Shown piece after piece: positions 59,801-64,000 of a DNA stretch of 64,000 nt. The DNA is from Phaeosaccion multiseriatum (lineage: Eukaryota; Protista; Ochrophyta, other classes). Every line of letters starts with the position of its first letter. Position 1 is the first letter of the stretch. The notes under the pieces are model-generated. The model saw only the letters and a program-made list of their open reading frames with translations, was not told where the DNA came from and made no database searches. The translations under genes and the position numbers were made by a program. The stretch is taken from positions 5,270,001 to 5,334,000 of the forward strand of contig OZ218952.1 of NCBI GenBank assembly GCA_965112735.1. The letters run 5' to 3'.

Positions 59801-62800
59801 ACGATGGCAGCAACGTAAATATTCCGCGAACAGCCATCACCTTGAGCTCCGTCTTGAGGCACAGGTTTCGTGCCAATCGATGCGACGACGGCGACGTCAG
59901 CACCTTCTGTAGCTCCGACGCAAGCGCAGCAGAACCAGGCATCCTCACTCTCTACCTTTCTGGCGGTCCAGACCAAGTCGTTGCATACTGCGAGGTAACC
60001 AACCGCATTCACGCTTGCTGCAAGAACCGCATCGACGGCGCCAGCTTCAAGATCCTTGACGCGGACGACAATGCGCTGTACTCAAGCTTCTTTGTCGGAG
60101 CAGAAGACTCCTACACCTTCGGTACGTACACGTGGCCCTGCCTGCGTCATGCTCCCGCGGGGTGGGAGGGGGGGGAGTAGAGGGCGATCAATACTTGTCA
60201 GATGCCATGGTAGAGCTGCTCTTCGATCATTTCCCCAACGTATGTCTCGACCCCCCCCCCCTCCCCCGCCCGCCCGACCGCCCCATACACTTAACCTTAC
60301 GTGCTGCTCACGTCCTGTCCCCCGATTGGTCTGTTCTCTGCTGCCTACCCTGTTCGCCCGCATGTGTGCTTCCACGGCTCGGCACATGGGCGCTGACGGC
60401 CCTTTGGACCGCTGTGCACCCTCCTGCTCTCCTGTGCCTATCGTAGATATTGGCAAGTAAGTACCCCCTCTGTGAAACTCATGTGAAGAGCTCCCAATGG
60501 ACGTTCGTTTTCTCCTCATTTAATTGAGCCACTCCTCCTGCTGCCTGCGCGTGCCTGTCGATGTCCTTCCTCTCCTCGCCCCCCCTCCTCGCTCGCTGAT
60601 CTTACCCATTGGCCCTCGCAGACGCGTCGTGATCGAAGTCGAGCAGGGCACGGCCCTCAATCTCGCAGAAGTCGCATGTTACGATGGCAGCAACGTAAAG
60701 ATTCCGCGAACAGACATCACCTTGAGCTCCGTCTTGAGGCACAGGTTTCGTGCCAATCGATGCGACGACGGCGACGTCAGCACCTTCTGTCACTCCGACG
60801 CAAGCGCAGCAGAACCAGGCATCCTCACTCTCTACCTTTCTGGCGGTCCAGACCAAGTCGTTGCATACTGCGAGGTAACCAACCGCCTTCACGCTTGCTG
60901 CAAGGACCGCATCGACGGCGCCAGCTTCAAGATCCTTGACGCGGACGGCACTACTGAGCTCTACGCCAACACTTTCCCCTCACCCGCACGAGAGACATAC
61001 ACTTTCAGTAAGTACACGTGGCTGCGTCATGCTCCCGCGGGGTGGGAGGGGGGGGAGTAGAGGGCGGGGAGTAGAGGGCGATCAATACGTGTGAGATGCC
61101 ATGGTAGAGCTGCTCTTCGATCATTTCCCGACCGTATGTCTCGAAGCCCTACACACTTACTCTGGCGTGCTGCTCACGCCCCCCCCCCCCCATGGCTTGG
61201 GCTGCTCACTTCTCCCTGCCCTGTTCGCCCGTATGTGTGCTTCCACGGCTGGGCGGATGGGCACTGACGGCCCTTTGGACCACAGGTGAGGAAGGGGCTG
61301 CAGCAGGGAAGGAAAGAAGTTGAATTTCAAACCGTGGCTGTGATCCTTGTCAAGAGGTACAAAGCCTGCCTATTCCAAATAGAGCATGCAAGTCCTCTTC
61401 GGGATGTGTGGAGCTGACTGCACTGGTACCACAAAGGGTCGGATGTGTGATATGCTTGGCACTGATCGGCTCCTTCCTTTCTAACATCTCACTCCGCACC
61501 CTTTCTCATGCATGCTCGTGGCCTCTTCTTTTGCTTGTGCTGTGTGCGCGCTCTCTCTTTTTGCCCACTCGGCGCGCCGCCAGCCCTTGGCCTCGCGTGT
61601 TCGGGAGGGTATGATGACTCCACCGGCACATGCACGTGCGCCCCTCCTTCTTATTCATTGGTCTGTACCGACACGGCTTGCCAGGTACGTGAGCCCACGC
61701 TCCTTGCTGACTTCTTCGCTTGCGGTCTCCGTCCCGACTCTTGATTCCTCTGCTGATGAGTGCTTGCCACTGCTAATGCTCTGTGAGTCTTCGCAACTGT
61801 GTGCGAGTATGCGAACCCTTCTGACACTCATCACGTGGTGCCTCTGCCTTCGCCGTCACCTGCTGCGTCTGTCTACACTGCGCGGCCGGCCCCATCCTCG
61901 TGCTGGGCATCGCGCACTGGCTTGGCGGTCCGACCTGCCCACGTCTGGACGGTTGTTGGACGGTTGCACCACTCTCTGGACACCTCTGCTGCTTCCTGTG
62001 TACGCCGCGGGCTCCATCTGCTCTACTGTGATGCCTCCTTCATCCTGTGGCCGGGTGGTACCTGTTTTGCCCCCTTCAATGTCCTTCGCCACTCACACCG
62101 CGTGTCCTCCTCGCTTCAAAGGATAAGACGTTTGAGGTGAGGAACCAAGTGCTTGCATCATCTTTCTTGTGGTCGGCCTGGCTGCTGCCATTTTGTTTAC
62201 CCACTGCTCTTTGTAATTATTTGCTCATCTCTGTCATCGTATGCCGCTGCTCGCTTTCACCCCGTCGACCCACGTCGCCTCTGGTCACCCGTCATGAAGG
62301 TTTGCATGGTGGAGTGCACGGATCCTGATAGCTGCATAGTGAGTAAGGAGGTCTCTTGGTGCAGGCAGGTGTTGCCCGTTCCCCTGTCCCCTGCGCGCCC
62401 CCTCCACCCAATCGTGGAACCCCCTCATCGATGTCATCGATGTCATGATCTTGGCTGGCCTGACACTCCTCCTCCTGGCAATGCCTAGCAATGCCTACAT
62501 ACAGGCTGCTGCTGCTCCCCTCGTTCGCGCCTGCATGTGCCGGACCTCCTGCAAGCAGGCCTTGCACCCTCTAGACTCGCCCCTTTGCCTCTCTGCTTCC
62601 TGGTCTCTTCTCTCGTCAACGCCCATCCTGCTCCCCTCAAACCATAGGGCGCCACCTTCAAGGACGCTTCGACCGTTACCTGCTCTGATGAGTTCTCATG
62701 TCTGGTGAGTTGTCACTCAACCCAACTTGGCTCTCGATGCCTGGCGCCTGGCCGATTCTGTTCGTGCATTCATCCTCCGCCCTCTGCTTGCCAAGCAACG

Positions 62801-63968
62801 GACCTTGCATTTCCTGACCTCTCCCCTCTTTGCCCCTCTGCTGCTTCCTGCCCTTTTGTTCTCTCGTCCACACACACCCATCCTGCTCCCCTCGAACCAC
62901 AGGGGGCCACGTTCAAATGCCAATCGACCGCAACCTGCTCTGGGGAACTCTCATGTATGGTGAGTGATCAGCCAACCCATATCCGCTCTCCTGGCCTGGC
63001 CGGTTCTTTACCTTACTCGTGCCTTCGGCTGCACGCATGACGGCCCACACCTTAGCAACCCTTCCCCCTCTCCTGACTGTCCTATCTCTTCTCTCGTCCA
63101 CACACCCACCCTGCTCCCCTCGAACCACAGGGGGCCACGTTCGAATGCGAATCGACCGCAGCATGCTCTGGGGTAGAGTCCTGTCGTGTGAGTGATCAGT
63201 CAACCCATAGCTATCCGCTTTCCTTGCCTGGCAGGTTCTTGCCCTTGCCTTCCTCGTGACTTTCCGGTGCACGCATGACGGCGCGCACCTCAAGCCTTCC
63301 CCCTCCTCTCCTGACCTCTCCTCTGTGCCCTTCTGCTGCCTCCTGCCCTCTTCTCTCGTCCACACCCGCCCTACTCCCCTCAAACCATAGGGGACCACGT
63401 TCCAAGGCTCATCGACCGCAGCCTGCTCTGAATTAGATTCATGTCGTGTGAGTGACCAGCCAACCTATATCCGCTCTCCTTGCCTGGACTTTGGTTCCTT
63501 GAGCCTTGTCTTATTCATGACTTTCCGCTGCAAACATGACGGCGGACACCTCAAGCCTCAACCCCCTCCTGACCTCCCCTCTGTGCCCCTCTGCTGCTTC
63601 CTGCCTTCTTCTCTCGTCCACACCCACCCTGCTCCCGCCCCTCAAACCATAGGACGCCACGTTCGGAGGCCAATCGACCGCAGACTGCTCTGGGGTCCGC
63701 TCCTGTCTCGTGAGTGATCAGCCAACCCATATCCGCTCTCCTTGCCTGGCCGGTTCCTTGAGCCTGGCCTTGCTCATGACTTTCCACTGCACGCATGACG
63801 GCGCACACCTCAAGCCTCCCCCCTCTCCTGACCTCCCCTCTGTGCCCGTCTGCTGGTTCCTGCCCTCTTCTCTCGTCCACACCCACCCTGCTCCCGCCCC
63901 TCAAACCATAGTCGGCCACGTTCGAAGGCCAATCGACCGCAGCCTGCTCTGGGATAGGCTCCTGTGAT
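56809..63968 (+). CDS. Secreted/cell-surface Cys-rich modular protein (CxxCxxGxY repeats, EGF-like, 2 permuted F-type-lectin-like domains, 19-aa CSGxxSC repeats); 3' end outside window
   Basis: Signal-peptide exon 56809-56950; exons 57291-57341, 57604-57651, 57970-58017, 58259-58306, 58548-58601, 58809-58868, 59523-59535, 59742-60121, 60447-60456, 60622-61007, 61584-61684, 62122-62136, 62300-62338, 62648-62704, 62903-62959, 63131-63187, 63391-63447, 63653-63709, 63912-63968. All are AG/GT flanked and phase-consistent with no internal stop. Confidence 0.85.
57240..58640 (+). repeat. Tandem exon+intron cassettes (~290-365 bp, 5 copies)
   Basis: Conserved intron blocks (GGCTGGCTGATGTGGGGC, AGGAGGGAGGCT, GCTCTGAATGACGGGAGCTGCATGCAGAAGGCGAGGGT) around 48-54-nt exons. 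Confidence 0.9.
59480..61285 (+). repeat. Tandem duplication (~0.9 kb) of microexon + lectin-like exon + intron
   Basis: 59742-60065 is nearly identical to 60622-60945; the downstream introns 60122-60410 and 61008-61280 are homologous. Confidence 0.9.
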
Positions 63969-64000
63969 GTGAGTGATCAGCCAACCCATATCCGCTCTCC
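62580..64000 (+). repeat. Tandem exon+intron cassettes (~230-260 bp, at least 6 copies) each carrying a 57-nt exon
   Basis: Conserved TCTCTCGTCCACACCCACCCTGCTCCC..CTCAAACCAYAG acceptor context and GTGAGTGATCAGCCAACCCATATCCGCTCTCC donor context. Confidence 0.92.

Overview
Eukaryotic, GC-rich, intron-dense nuclear DNA packed with microsatellites. It is probably from a photosynthetic stramenopile (ochrophyte), inferred from a signal peptide plus GAFVP bipartite plastid-targeting motif and from gene content. Manual exon stitching (GT/GC-AG, phase-checked) gives about 13 genes: a GRAM/cNMP-domain protein (5'-partial), a small unknown gene with a ~400-nt intronic hairpin, tubulin-tyrosine ligase, a plastid HugZ/HOZ-like protein, an ankyrin protein, a GT25-like glycosyltransferase, Tubby, Kelch-BTB, an RluA pseudouridine synthase, a permuted papain-like protein, AIF, a ferric reductase, and a 3'-partial secreted Cys-rich modular protein. 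Main observations: (1) the last gene is built from tandem one-repeat-per-exon symmetric cassettes; in the pair compared, exons diverge faster than introns and only at amino-acid-changing codons; it also has 10-15-nt microexons and two circularly permuted F-type-lectin-like domains; (2) an intronic pre-miRNA-like hairpin; (3) a 279-bp MITE with 19-bp TIRs and a 7-bp TSD at the AIF stop codon; (4) a 2.5-kb (CA)n-bounded tandem duplication creating a GT25/Tubby chimera; (5) three dispersed short motifs embedded in microsatellites, one of which also occurs in coding exons; (6) a tentative telomerase-RNA-like locus. Exon coordinates were read by hand and may be off by a few bases; no database searches were run.
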